Virus record (IMG/VR): IMGVR_UViG_3300022752_000001 | Span: 1-64,000 of that record | Reading direction: 5' to 3' (one strand) | DNA: 64,000 bases | Source: a virus | Shown: positions 38,566-47,173 of the stretch, piece after piece | How the letters are laid out: every line of letters begins with the position of its first letter | Numbering within the stretch: the stretch's first letter is position 1 | Notes under the pieces: generated by a model | Databases searched by the model: none | What the model was told of the DNA's origin: nothing | What the model saw: the letters and a program-made list of their open reading frames with translations, nothing else | Translations under genes and position numbers: made by a program

Positions 38566-38862
38566 ATGCCACTGGGCAAAAAAGCTTCTATGCCCTGCAA
38601 CAGCCCGAGGCCAAGCACACGGCCAGGCAAGAAACGGATGGTCAAAGCTTGTGAGGGTGGCAAGGAGAAGCTGGTTTACTTTGGGGCTAAGGGGTACGGA
38701 AACAACTACTCGGCGGCAGCCCGCAAATCATTTAGAGCACGGCATAACTGCGACAACCCGGGGAGCAAGCTAGGTGCCCGTTACTGGGCGTGTAAGAACC
38801 TTTGGGCTGGCCCAGGCGGAGCAACTACTCCCAACCCTAAAGGCCGGCAAGGTAAGTACTAA
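38566..38862 (+). CDS. basic hypothetical protein (DUF6321-like)
   Basis: ARKSFRARHNC...ARYWAC..W. Confidence 0.6.
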   Translation: MPLGKKASMPCNSPRPSTRPGKKRMVKACEGGKEKLVYFGAKGYGNNYSAAARKSFRARHNCDNPGSKLGARYWACKNLWAGPGGATTPNPKGRQGKY

Positions 38863-38913
38863 ATATATCCCTTTGGGGGTATATGTCCCTTTAGGGATAA
38901 ATATTTCAATTTA

Positions 38914-39189
38914 GGGTAACATAAGTTACCCCAAAATACAGGTTACCAGGGCAAGTTACCCCAAAATAACCGCTGTACTTCAATCAGTTACGGCAAAAAG
39001 GGTAACTGGGTAACTTGTTTTTCGACTTTGGGGTTCCCAAGCCCGGCACACACAGCGCAAATATTTCACGCCAGATTATATAGATTAATATATTATAGTT
39101 ACCCTAGTTACCCTAGTTACCCTAAATATTATAACCACAAATACTTAAAATGGGTAACTTTGAAATTTTTGGGGTAACTTAGGTTACCC
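38914..39189. repeat. iteron cluster, putative replication origin
   Basis: about 12 GTTACC/GGTAAC copies in both orientations, including (TAGTTACCC)x3, around AT-rich tracts. Confidence 0.65.
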
Positions 39190-39388
39190 TAAAGCCGCTT
39201 TACCCCGTCATGGGCAGTCCTCTTGGCTAGGACCCAGATAACCGCTGTCGCAGCCAGAAAAATAAGCTTACCTAGGATTTGCCGTATCATTGGCTCGGCT
39301 TTGGTAAAGCGCCCACTTTGTAATCTTGGCTATCAGCCTTTTGCTGTTCACCGGCCTTTGCGTAACCGCGACCTTTGGTTTAGGGGTC

Positions 39389-39715
39389 TTAGCCACGACG
39401 AGGCATCCTACTGTTCAACCAGGCTCTTCGTTTGGCACACGCTTTACAGGTGCTTAAACGACTCCCAAACACCGAATCCAGGGCTTTCGCGACAGGCAAG
39501 GCAAGAACATGCACCAGATCCCCCAGGCCCTTTGATTCGCAGAACCCCGGGTCCTTGGCACAGCTCTGTCGAATGATCTCCTTCCGGTACAGTTCCCTTG
39601 CTTGATACTCCCATGGGTCCTGCCCCTTGGATGAGAGAATCTGAGTTATTAGATCGTCCAGGTTTTCGTGGATCCTCTTGACCGGCCCTTCCTCGTATGT
39701 CCATATGAATTTCAT
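39389..39715 (-). CDS. hypothetical protein
   Basis: GLGDLV...C..C..RR..LN motif. Confidence 0.55.
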   Translation of the reverse strand: MKFIWTYEEGPVKRIHENLDDLITQILSSKGQDPWEYQARELYRKEIIRQSCAKDPGFCESKGLGDLVHVLALPVAKALDSVFGSRLSTCKACAKRRAWLNSRMPRRG

Positions 39716-39740
39716 GACAATCCGTTGACATTAATCCAAC

Positions 39741-40022
39741 ATGCCCCAAAATCGTTTGGTGGATTTGGAAGATCTCAATTTGCGTTTTGTTGATGAAGAC
39801 TCAATCCTGACAGTTCTTTTGGCTGCATGCGTGGACTCCCCGAACAGCGAACTGCAGATCTCCAGGAAAGCCTTTGTGGAGCTCAAGGAGCGAATGAAAG
39901 CTCTCAAGCCCGGCAACAAACCTGTTTTAGTTGCGGTCGATGAACAAGATTCTTTTCGTGTACGGTTCATGGTCAATGAACAAGAAGTGCATGATTTCGT
40001 GCAGGACTTCATACCAGATTAG
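39741..40022 (+). CDS. hypothetical protein
   Basis: ORF track. Confidence 0.45.
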   Translation: MPQNRLVDLEDLNLRFVDEDSILTVLLAACVDSPNSELQISRKAFVELKERMKALKPGNKPVLVAVDEQDSFRVRFMVNEQEVHDFVQDFIPD

Positions 40023-40327
40023 AAATCCGCCTTTTCAAACTCGGACAGCAGCGCCTGAGCGTCGTCCACGTTATCTTCGATATAACCGCGGAGTTTGTGT
40101 TGTAGAACCCGCTCTTCTTTTTTCTGCTCTGCTTTGAGCTCGTTCAGAGCCACGCAGGATTCTTTATGAATCTTAACCTTGTCTCGCAATTCGTCCCGAA
40201 GGAAACAGATTTGCAGGTCCAGATTTTCTAGAAGTTTTTCAGTGCGGTCTATTCCCCGTTTCATCGCTCGCATCCGCGAGCCCATTTTTTGAAACCACGA
40301 TTTAAATTTCACCTTCTCCATGCCCAC
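40019..40327 (-). CDS. coiled-coil hypothetical protein
   Basis: ORF track. Confidence 0.45.
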   Translation of the reverse strand: MGMEKVKFKSWFQKMGSRMRAMKRGIDRTEKLLENLDLQICFLRDELRDKVKIHKESCVALNELKAEQKKEERVLQHKLRGYIEDNVDDAQALLSEFEKADF

Positions 40328-40374
40328 AGTTTGCGGACATGGAGAGGCGAATCAATTAGTCAACGTAAGACAGA

Positions 40375-40635
40375 TTAACGTAATGTTTGCAGCAACGCGT
40401 TTGCCTGCGCTCGTGTCATGCGACTGTCGTCAACATGCACGTCGTAACCACCGTACCATTTTTCTTGTCCCCAAACCGAAGCCTTCGCTTCACCAACCTT
40501 GACTCCACCCGCGTAGAGATCGTAACCGCCGGGCCATTTCTGGGTTCCCCACACGGAAGGACGAATGGCAAAGTCCTCCGCCTGGGCGCCTGCTGCAAAG
40601 GCTACCACGCATAATGCAGCGATTAGTTTCTTCAT
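40375..40635 (-). CDS. secreted protein with internal repeat
   Basis: signal peptide MKKLIAALCVVAFAAGAQA; SVWG..KW.GGYD occurs twice. Confidence 0.6.
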   Translation of the reverse strand: MKKLIAALCVVAFAAGAQAEDFAIRPSVWGTQKWPGGYDLYAGGVKVGEAKASVWGQEKWYGGYDVHVDDSRMTRAQANALLQTLR

Positions 40636-40868
40636 TGTTGAAACAGTATACTGACATCGTTTAGTCAGCAATAAAAATAAATTAAATTTTTCTCATACGT
40701 GTATTTATAGAACTTAAACTTCAGGGGGGGGAGGGTGGGTGTGGGGGTAGTAGCCCAACATTAAGCACTTACACCGCCCCGCAGCCTATTTGTATTATTA
40801 GCAGAGAGAGAAGGGAACCGGATGGATCCCTGTATCTCACAAAACCCCTGCTATAGATAGGAGACACC

Positions 40869-41192
40869 ATGGCATATGATACTCAAACCGTAGTAGCACA
40901 AACCGCAACGACTTACGCACCGAAGAACGATGCGTTGTACTTGACGGTGAAACGGAGCAAGTTCGGCCACCTCGGCACGATCAACCCCAGCTCGACCAAC
41001 GGCTCGGAGCAGGCTGCTGCTCTCGCCGCCCTGGCGAAGATCGCGCTCAGTGGCAAGTGCTTGGACATCAGCGTGCGTCCCGCAAAGGACGATGTGGAGA
41101 ACCTCACCCTGCGCTTCTCGGTGAGTTCGTTCGTTCCGCAGCAGCGGACGTCGTTGGCAGAGCGGCTCGTCACCGCTCACCTCAATAGCTAA
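40869..41192 (+). CDS. hypothetical early protein
   Basis: AGGAG RBS; followed by hairpin 41206-41232. Confidence 0.6.
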   Translation: MAYDTQTVVAQTATTYAPKNDALYLTVKRSKFGHLGTINPSSTNGSEQAAALAALAKIALSGKCLDISVRPAKDDVENLTLRFSVSSFVPQQRTSLAERLVTAHLNS

Positions 41193-41205
41193 TTGAGGCT
41201 CCGGA

Positions 41206-41232
41206 CCCCGTGGGGACTGCAAACCCACGGGG
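41206..41232. terminator. hairpin between convergent genes
   Basis: CCCCGTGGG/CCCACGGGG stem. Confidence 0.55.
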
Positions 41233-41253
41233 AACGGTTTATCAAACCGCTCG

Positions 41254-41715
41254 CTACACAGTGATAACTGGATTACTGGCAGTTACTGACACCGAATCTT
41301 GTGGAAGTTGTTGTAAAACCGCAATGTTCACTGTTTGGGTTTTCGAGCCTTCCGACAAGCCAAAAGCTGTCGTTGCCACACGATTCACCTTTTCCAACGC
41401 AGTGAAATGTTCTTCAACTTCACTACGGGTAGCTGGGGCTTCTGCCTCCAGCGCATTCATCCCGCCCTCAACCTGTTTCTTTAACCTTACTAGATATGAT
41501 TGGGCTTCACCCACCATTTCATTCGTTGCAACACGATGCGCTTCTGCCACTCGTTGCAGAGATTGCTGCTTGTAAGTTGCAAGTTTGAAGCGCGCAACGT
41601 GACTGCGTATCGACGCAGCATTCACGTTGAATCTAGTAGCTAATATCTGAGGTGGAATACCTTTCGCGTATTCCGCTTCAATCGGGCCCCAATCAATCAC
41701 TGAACGCTTTCTCAT
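41254..41715 (-). CDS. terminase small subunit-like HTH protein
   Basis: IDWGPIEAEY..G....LATRFNV..ASIRS N-terminal HTH followed by helices. Confidence 0.6.
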   Translation of the reverse strand: MRKRSVIDWGPIEAEYAKGIPPQILATRFNVNAASIRSHVARFKLATYKQQSLQRVAEAHRVATNEMVGEAQSYLVRLKKQVEGGMNALEAEAPATRSEVEEHFTALEKVNRVATTAFGLSEGSKTQTVNIAVLQQLPQDSVSVTASNPVITV

Positions 41716-41832
41716 GCTGTTGCAACGATTGTACCAGACGTTGCAACGCTATGCAAGTTACTGACAGACATCAGTCATCTTCAACCACGATCGATAAACC
41801 ACAACCCATAACCCATAACCAAGGAGACAACC

Positions 41833-42099
41833 ATGAAAGCAACTTACAAGAACAGCAACAGCTGGTCCCAGATCGACAAGAAATGGCACGAGGACAGGAA
41901 CGAGCGGATCATGATCACAATGCTCTGCCCTTACGCCGTAGGACAGATCATCACTCAGGATAACGGCACCCAGGAGATCGTCAGCCACATCTCCAAAGTC
42001 GACGATGAGTTCATCGTTCAGACCAAGGTCTTGGCTGGTCTCAGCGGCTACTACAAGGTGCAGGCCGACGGCTCCTTGAAGAACGGGCTGAGCCGATGA
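41833..42099 (+). CDS. hypothetical early protein
   Basis: AAGGAG RBS. Confidence 0.55.
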   Translation: MKATYKNSNSWSQIDKKWHEDRNERIMITMLCPYAVGQIITQDNGTQEIVSHISKVDDEFIVQTKVLAGLSGYYKVQADGSLKNGLSR

Positions 42100-42234
42100 A
42101 CCAGTACGCAGTTGTTTATAACGGCCACGTGCAACGGGAGTTCAAGCGTCGTGAAGATGCTTGGGACTACCTGGTGCAACGTGGCTGGCGTTGGTCTGAC
42201 GAAGCCTACATCGCAACCTTTTAATTGAATTTCC

Positions 42235-42282
42235 TGCAACGCGGTACTTTGCCTCCGCGTTGCATCCTGACGGTAAGGCAAA
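42235..42282 (+). ncRNA. H-type RNA pseudoknot upstream of an RBS
   Basis: S1 TGCAACGCGG/CCGCGTTGCA, S2 TTTGCCT/AGGCAAA. Confidence 0.55.
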
Positions 42283-42297
42283 ACAAGAGGTACATAT

Positions 42298-42462
42298 ATG
42301 CGTAACATGATCCCAATCGACCATGTCGAAGTGGAAGAATACACAAACCAATCAACCCTTGATGCCGTGAGCAGCGAGTACGTTGCAATGCGGCACCCCA
42401 TGCTCGAGATGGACGAAGCGTCCATGCGGGCTGAGTGCGTCCGGAGGTTCATCAATGATTAA
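42298..42462 (+). CDS. hypothetical early protein
   Basis: AAGAGG RBS; 54 aa. Confidence 0.5.
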   Translation: MRNMIPIDHVEVEEYTNQSTLDAVSSEYVAMRHPMLEMDEASMRAECVRRFIND

Positions 42463-42784
42463 CCTAACCGAACAACTCGAAGCGATCCGGCCTAGCTTGA
42501 ACCTCAAGCCCAGCCCGGTGCAACCGACGGCCAAAGTTCCGGTACCGGCACAGGTCTTCCGTATCCCTGCCAAGGTGATGCGAGACGGCGTGGCTTGGTC
42601 ACCGACCTATTGGTACAACCCCAAAAGCAACCACGATCGGCAGCGTGCGATGAGCGAGCTGCGGTCTGCGTTGCAGTATGGCACCAGCTTGGAAGGCGCA
42701 AGCGCTTCCCGTTGGGGCGTACAGATCGGAGACAAAACCTTCACCGTCAACCCGGTTGGGCTGACCGAGTGGATCAATAGTTAA
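42455..42784 (+). CDS. hypothetical early protein
   Basis: coupled ORF. Confidence 0.5.
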   Translation: MINLTEQLEAIRPSLNLKPSPVQPTAKVPVPAQVFRIPAKVMRDGVAWSPTYWYNPKSNHDRQRAMSELRSALQYGTSLEGASASRWGVQIGDKTFTVNPVGLTEWINS

Positions 42785-42928
42785 TTATTGACAGGGACGT
42801 GCTAGTAGTTCAATCCTTTAGCACCTTCCTGACAGAAAGGATTTACCCTATGAGCAGCGTATCGACCAAACCCAAGACCCTTAAAGAGTATGCCGACGCA
42901 GCTTTCGGGGCATAAGGAGTAATCATTT

Positions 42929-43213
42929 ATGAAAGTAACCATGCCATACGAGATTATAATTACGGGAAGAAACAAAATGCCACCCGTCCCAAACTTAATT
43001 CGTGGCACCAGAAAAAGCCGGATTCTGTTCCGGCATCCCGAGTCCCAGCGATATCAAAGTATCATCGTGCATCACGATGTGTGGATGAACGAAAGCGGGT
43101 TGGAGTTTATTGACGACAGAACCATGCGGGTCATGGAGTTGGTCAAAGCAAAGCACTCCGGCTTACTCGAAATGCCAAAGACGATTAATCAGAAAGGAAA
43201 ACCATGCACTTAA
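42929..43213 (+). CDS. hypothetical protein
   Basis: TAAGGAG RBS. Confidence 0.5.
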   Translation: MKVTMPYEIIITGRNKMPPVPNLIRGTRKSRILFRHPESQRYQSIIVHHDVWMNESGLEFIDDRTMRVMELVKAKHSGLLEMPKTINQKGKPCT

Positions 43214-43268
43214 AAATTAAACTCAATAAAAGCCAGCAGAAGGTTCACAAAAAAGGAACGGCATCCAA

Positions 43269-43592
43269 ATGACCGTCGAGATTGATTACGCCGAAGCTAC
43301 GTTCCGGCACAAAAACCAGGACTACCTAGCTATCGGCGGAGTAACCCACAATACCGCGTCCGAAGATGTAGGTATTGGAAGCTACGAATACTGGGGCAGT
43401 CGGGAGTATGACTCCAAGGTAGTAGAGGTCAGTGAGTTTGCCGAAGCCAAGTTCGGTGACATCGACATCTACCCTGCCGGGTCAGACACACCACTCTGTG
43501 ACGTATCCCCTGCCCTACTCGAAGCAGCCCAGGAAGCACTGTTCAACAAGACATGTGACCTGGCTGAAGAGAAAGCATTGGAGGCAGCGTGA
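43269..43592 (+). CDS. hypothetical protein
   Basis: GIGSYEYWG motif. Confidence 0.55.
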   Translation: MTVEIDYAEATFRHKNQDYLAIGGVTHNTASEDVGIGSYEYWGSREYDSKVVEVSEFAEAKFGDIDIYPAGSDTPLCDVSPALLEAAQEALFNKTCDLAEEKALEAA

Positions 43593-43740
43593 AACCTACA
43601 CTCAAACAGATCAAAGCAGAGCTAAAGAAAATAACCAAAGACCTAGAGAAGTACCGCAAGTTCATACCCAACGAGCAGGAAGAACTGCTCTGTGTGGGTT
43701 GGATCGAGGCACTGACCTGGGTCTTGGGCGAGGAGGCAAC

Positions 43741-43998
43741 ATGATTGTCACCACAATTGGCGGTCTGAAGAAGAGCTTAAAGACCTACCCCAAGTCGGCA
43801 CAGAACGAGGTGGTCGGTATCGTTTGGTACCGAAAGAAGTTCTTCAAGGATGACGTGGAGAACAAGAAGTTCCTCACGGACGCTGTCTTTGAGGACGCCT
43901 TAAACAGCGTCAACGACGAGGCGGCCGACGAAATGATGGCTGACCAAATTATCGGCCGTCTGCAGGAGATGGAACAAGAAGCAAAGGAGGAAGCATGA
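43741..43998 (+). CDS. hypothetical protein
   Basis: GGAGG RBS before the ATG at 43741. Confidence 0.5.
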   Translation: MIVTTIGGLKKSLKTYPKSAQNEVVGIVWYRKKFFKDDVENKKFLTDAVFEDALNSVNDEAADEMMADQIIGRLQEMEQEAKEEA

Positions 43999-44113
43999 AC
44001 AATATTGAGATACTGAGAGCAGCGCTACAGGACTTTGTAGATTTCTACAATGATCCAAACATGCCGATGGCTGAGCTTGTTAGCCGGGCTCAAGAAGCAT
44101 TAGACAAAACCAA

Positions 44114-44296
44114 ATGAGCTACACCGTACGTGAGTGCGACTGTGGTTCAGGCAAGACAAGCGATTGGGTAAACGACGGCCACGGCATACCGCTGTGCCGG
44201 ACCTGTCCCGATTGCCACGACACAAAGATCAGCAGATACCGTCCCGATATCTTCAGTAGGTATCAGACGGAAGAGCAGATCGATGAAGACTATTGA
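44114..44296 (+). CDS. small Zn-binding protein
   Basis: CDCGSG...CRTCPDC. Confidence 0.55.
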   Translation: MSYTVRECDCGSGKTSDWVNDGHGIPLCRTCPDCHDTKISRYRPDIFSRYQTEEQIDEDY

Positions 44297-44516
44297 TATG
44301 AATCTACCGACCATCAATCGATTAAAGGCAGTCCATCTGATGGACCAGTCAGAGTTGGCGATGCTGGTTGAGCAGTTCAACGCACTGCTTGCCTCGCATC
44401 AACGAGTTAAAGCGGAAGTGGAAACACTACGCCAAACCCTTAGCTCCTACGTTGGCTTCACGCAGAAGCTGACCGAGGAAATCACCCAATACAAAAGGAA
44501 CAAAAGACCACGATGA
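44283..44516 (+). CDS. coiled-coil hypothetical protein
   Basis: ORF track. Confidence 0.45.
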   Translation: MKTIDMNLPTINRLKAVHLMDQSELAMLVEQFNALLASHQRVKAEVETLRQTLSSYVGFTQKLTEEITQYKRNKRPR

Positions 44517-44836
44517 TCAACCTAACCAAAGAACCCATCAACAGGATTGAACCTTGCGATGACAACCCTGGTACACACAAGACCGGGGAGTTACGCAACA
44601 TTACAGCCGACGAGATAACCGCGATCCTTGGCTTCGAGCCCAACTTCTCTGATGATCCAGACAAGGTGGTTCACTCTTGGCTTGGACGATTCAATTACTC
44701 GGATGGAGAACGCAAGATGTTCGCTATCTGGGACTACAAAGGGTCGCACTTAGAGAACAAGTTCAGTACGTGGGGTGACCATGAGTTACTCAACGGACTG
44801 TTTCATGGACATTACAGCCACGGTTTAGGTTGGTAA
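44513..44836 (+). CDS. hypothetical protein
   Basis: DDPDKV..SW...FAIWDYK motif. Confidence 0.55.
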   Translation: MINLTKEPINRIEPCDDNPGTHKTGELRNITADEITAILGFEPNFSDDPDKVVHSWLGRFNYSDGERKMFAIWDYKGSHLENKFSTWGDHELLNGLFHGHYSHGLGW

Positions 44837-44851
44837 ATTACTGACTGTTAT

Positions 44852-45049
44852 ATGTCAGCAACTTATACCATTCCTGGTTGGTTTAGTCCTGCCATGTCTC
44901 GCGCGATCATTCACGCATACAAGGAGGGCTATAAAGTCAGAGAGATCAGTCGTTTATTCAACATTAAGTACAACCAAATCTATCGGTTCCTTGTGCTTAG
45001 CAAGCACTTGATCCCAACCAAGAAAGCCAAAGCCAATGAAAATAAATAA
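44852..45049 (+). CDS. Mor-like HTH transcription regulator
   Basis: RAIIHAYKEGYKVREISRLFNIKYNQIYRFL; operator overlaps its ATG. Confidence 0.55.
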   Translation: MSATYTIPGWFSPAMSRAIIHAYKEGYKVREISRLFNIKYNQIYRFLVLSKHLIPTKKAKANENK

Positions 45050-45422
45050 AATGAATGTCAAAACCTTGAACAACATCAAGGCCCGACTTGAAACGATAAG
45101 TGAGAAGACGGACACGACACCTGCCAAGGGTGACGAGTCCCCCTCCCTTTTCTACAAACACATCATTGAACAACTACAACGCAAGGAGGCCAAATGAACC
45201 TGGCTTTAACCGAAACAATACTTCGATGGGTCTTCCCCTTGTTCTCCATGTTCATCTTCTGGATGGCGTGGCTTCTGCTTAGGGGGCAGCGATGAAGGTT
45301 GCACTCAAACGCATCATCAAACTAGTCGAAGACTGGTGCGACAACCCCAAGAAAGACCACGTTGAGACGCTGAACAAGATCCTTGAAACAGCCCTCGACG
45401 CCTTGAAAGGAGGCAAAAACAA

Positions 45423-45869
45423 ATGAAATCAGCCGTGCTCGATACGTTGGATGAGATGGATGTAGGTATTGACCAGCTTCTACCTACCCCGAGCGATACA
45501 CCTACAGGTAAAAACCTTTGGGCTATCTGCACGGAAAGCCAATGGCTTAGTCGTGCCTGTGGTTGGGAGAAGATTGCCAAAACTTCAACGGATCAGTTCC
45601 CTGATGACAAGGCAACCGTCCGCGCTAACCGCAATACCGGCAAGCCGGACATGATCTACACGGTGTACTTCAACCAAGGTACACGGACACACACAAACAA
45701 TTGGGGTACCTACAAAACAAGAAGCCGATTGATGATTAGCACAATAGGCGAACCAGTTAATCGTCAATTCCACTTCAACGGTAGTTGTCCCAGCGACGGA
45801 GAACTTCAAAAGATCACCGACACAATGGAGTTCATTGAGTCGAGGATCCAGGCCGCGAGTAACGGCTAA
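45423..45869 (+). CDS. hypothetical protein
   Basis: AGGAGG RBS. Confidence 0.5.
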   Translation: MKSAVLDTLDEMDVGIDQLLPTPSDTPTGKNLWAICTESQWLSRACGWEKIAKTSTDQFPDDKATVRANRNTGKPDMIYTVYFNQGTRTHTNNWGTYKTRSRLMISTIGEPVNRQFHFNGSCPSDGELQKITDTMEFIESRIQAASNG

Positions 45870-45929
45870 TCGGTACGGTTCCATGAACCGCGATCGACAA
45901 ATCAATAAACTAAAACGGAGGATACACAC

Positions 45930-46280
45930 ATGGCTTACGTCGTCACAGCGACACCTGACCAGGTTGACTTGTTCGGCAAGGCATCTGATCAGCTCAACAA
46001 AGCAAAGAAGGTACGCGATGATCTCGTCAAACGGGTCTTCATACCTTCGTCCGATAACGGTAACACGCACTGGGCAGGGTCACATTATCAGATCACTGCC
46101 TCTGAAAGGCGTGTTAACCGGTTCGATCTACCCACGTTGATCGAGAAACTTCAGGAGCGTGGCATCGAGGATGCCAACGCGTTGGTTGAATCCTGTCAGA
46201 AAGATTCCATCAGCGTCTCGTTCCGATCCACCGTCCTTGTTGGACGGCTGGCACTACAACTAGCGGAAGCAACTAGCTAA
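45930..46280 (+). CDS. hypothetical protein
   Basis: GGAGG RBS. Confidence 0.55.
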   Translation: MAYVVTATPDQVDLFGKASDQLNKAKKVRDDLVKRVFIPSSDNGNTHWAGSHYQITASERRVNRFDLPTLIEKLQERGIEDANALVESCQKDSISVSFRSTVLVGRLALQLAEATS

Positions 46281-46294
46281 AGGAGATACTCATC

Positions 46295-47041
46295 ATGGCT
46301 AAACTCAAAGCAACTGCACCCGTGTCCGTCGAAGCACTCGACGTACATCCCCTGCCCCCATCAACCGAAACCTTCCATCCCGTAGCGCACGGCAACCTGC
46401 ACAAGATGTTCCTGCAAGCATCCGAGGCTGCCGGACTGACTGTGGTACCGGCTAAGTTCCAGCTCGCACCCAATGGCGAGATGGCAATCGGTACTTACAA
46501 CCTCATCGACTCACGCCTGGACGCGACAGAGACCAAGGCGCAGATCGGTTGGTTCAATAGCTGGGACAAGTCTTGCTCAGCCCGCATGTACATGGCGGAC
46601 GAGATCAAGTGGTGCACCAACGGAATGGTCTTTGCTATGCGGGTGCTGGCCCGTAAGCACACGGCCAACATTCTAGCTGACCTGCCCGGTGGCATAGCCA
46701 AAGCTATGCACGATGCAGTACCCAAGTTCCTGGGTAACCGCATGCGTATCGACACCTACAAGTCGGTGCCCTTGGAGACCAAGGACGCTGACCACTTGCT
46801 CATGGAACACTGGCGTCAAGGTATCCTTGGTGACCGGCAGTTGAAGCGTGCTCACTCCGAGTGGGTCGAGCCTACCTACAATGCGTTCAAAGCACGCAGT
46901 GTCTGGTCCTTCCACAACGCCATCACCGAATCCTTGAAGTCAGCCGTCGTGTTCGATGCTCCGCATCTGACCACGCTAAGCAACGACATCCTGGATTCGT
47001 ACACAAACTTCAGCGAACCCGTATTCGCTGGGGCCAACTGA
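46295..47041 (+). CDS. DUF932 family protein
   Basis: NSWDKS...CTNGMV...RKHT, SVWSFHNAITE. Confidence 0.75.
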   Translation: MAKLKATAPVSVEALDVHPLPPSTETFHPVAHGNLHKMFLQASEAAGLTVVPAKFQLAPNGEMAIGTYNLIDSRLDATETKAQIGWFNSWDKSCSARMYMADEIKWCTNGMVFAMRVLARKHTANILADLPGGIAKAMHDAVPKFLGNRMRIDTYKSVPLETKDADHLLMEHWRQGILGDRQLKRAHSEWVEPTYNAFKARSVWSFHNAITESLKSAVVFDAPHLTTLSNDILDSYTNFSEPVFAGAN

Positions 47042-47047
47042 TTGGAT

Positions 47048-47087
47048 GGGGAGGTGGTCACAATTCGTGACTGCCTCCCCTCCCTTT
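47048..47087 (+). terminator. intrinsic terminator-like hairpin
   Basis: GGGGAGGTGGTCAC/GTGACTGCCTCCCC. Confidence 0.6.
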
Positions 47088-47173
47088 ATGGCAACCGTAA
47101 GCAACAAACTCGGTAAGATTCTAGCCATCCTATCGGTGGTTGGTTTCTTACTCTTACTACTACTGATGAAAAT

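Noticed and set aside
42235-42290. HDV-like or pistol ribozyme, or SAM-II riboswitch
   Set aside because: No room for a nested P3/P1.1, and the conserved linker nucleotides of those classes are absent
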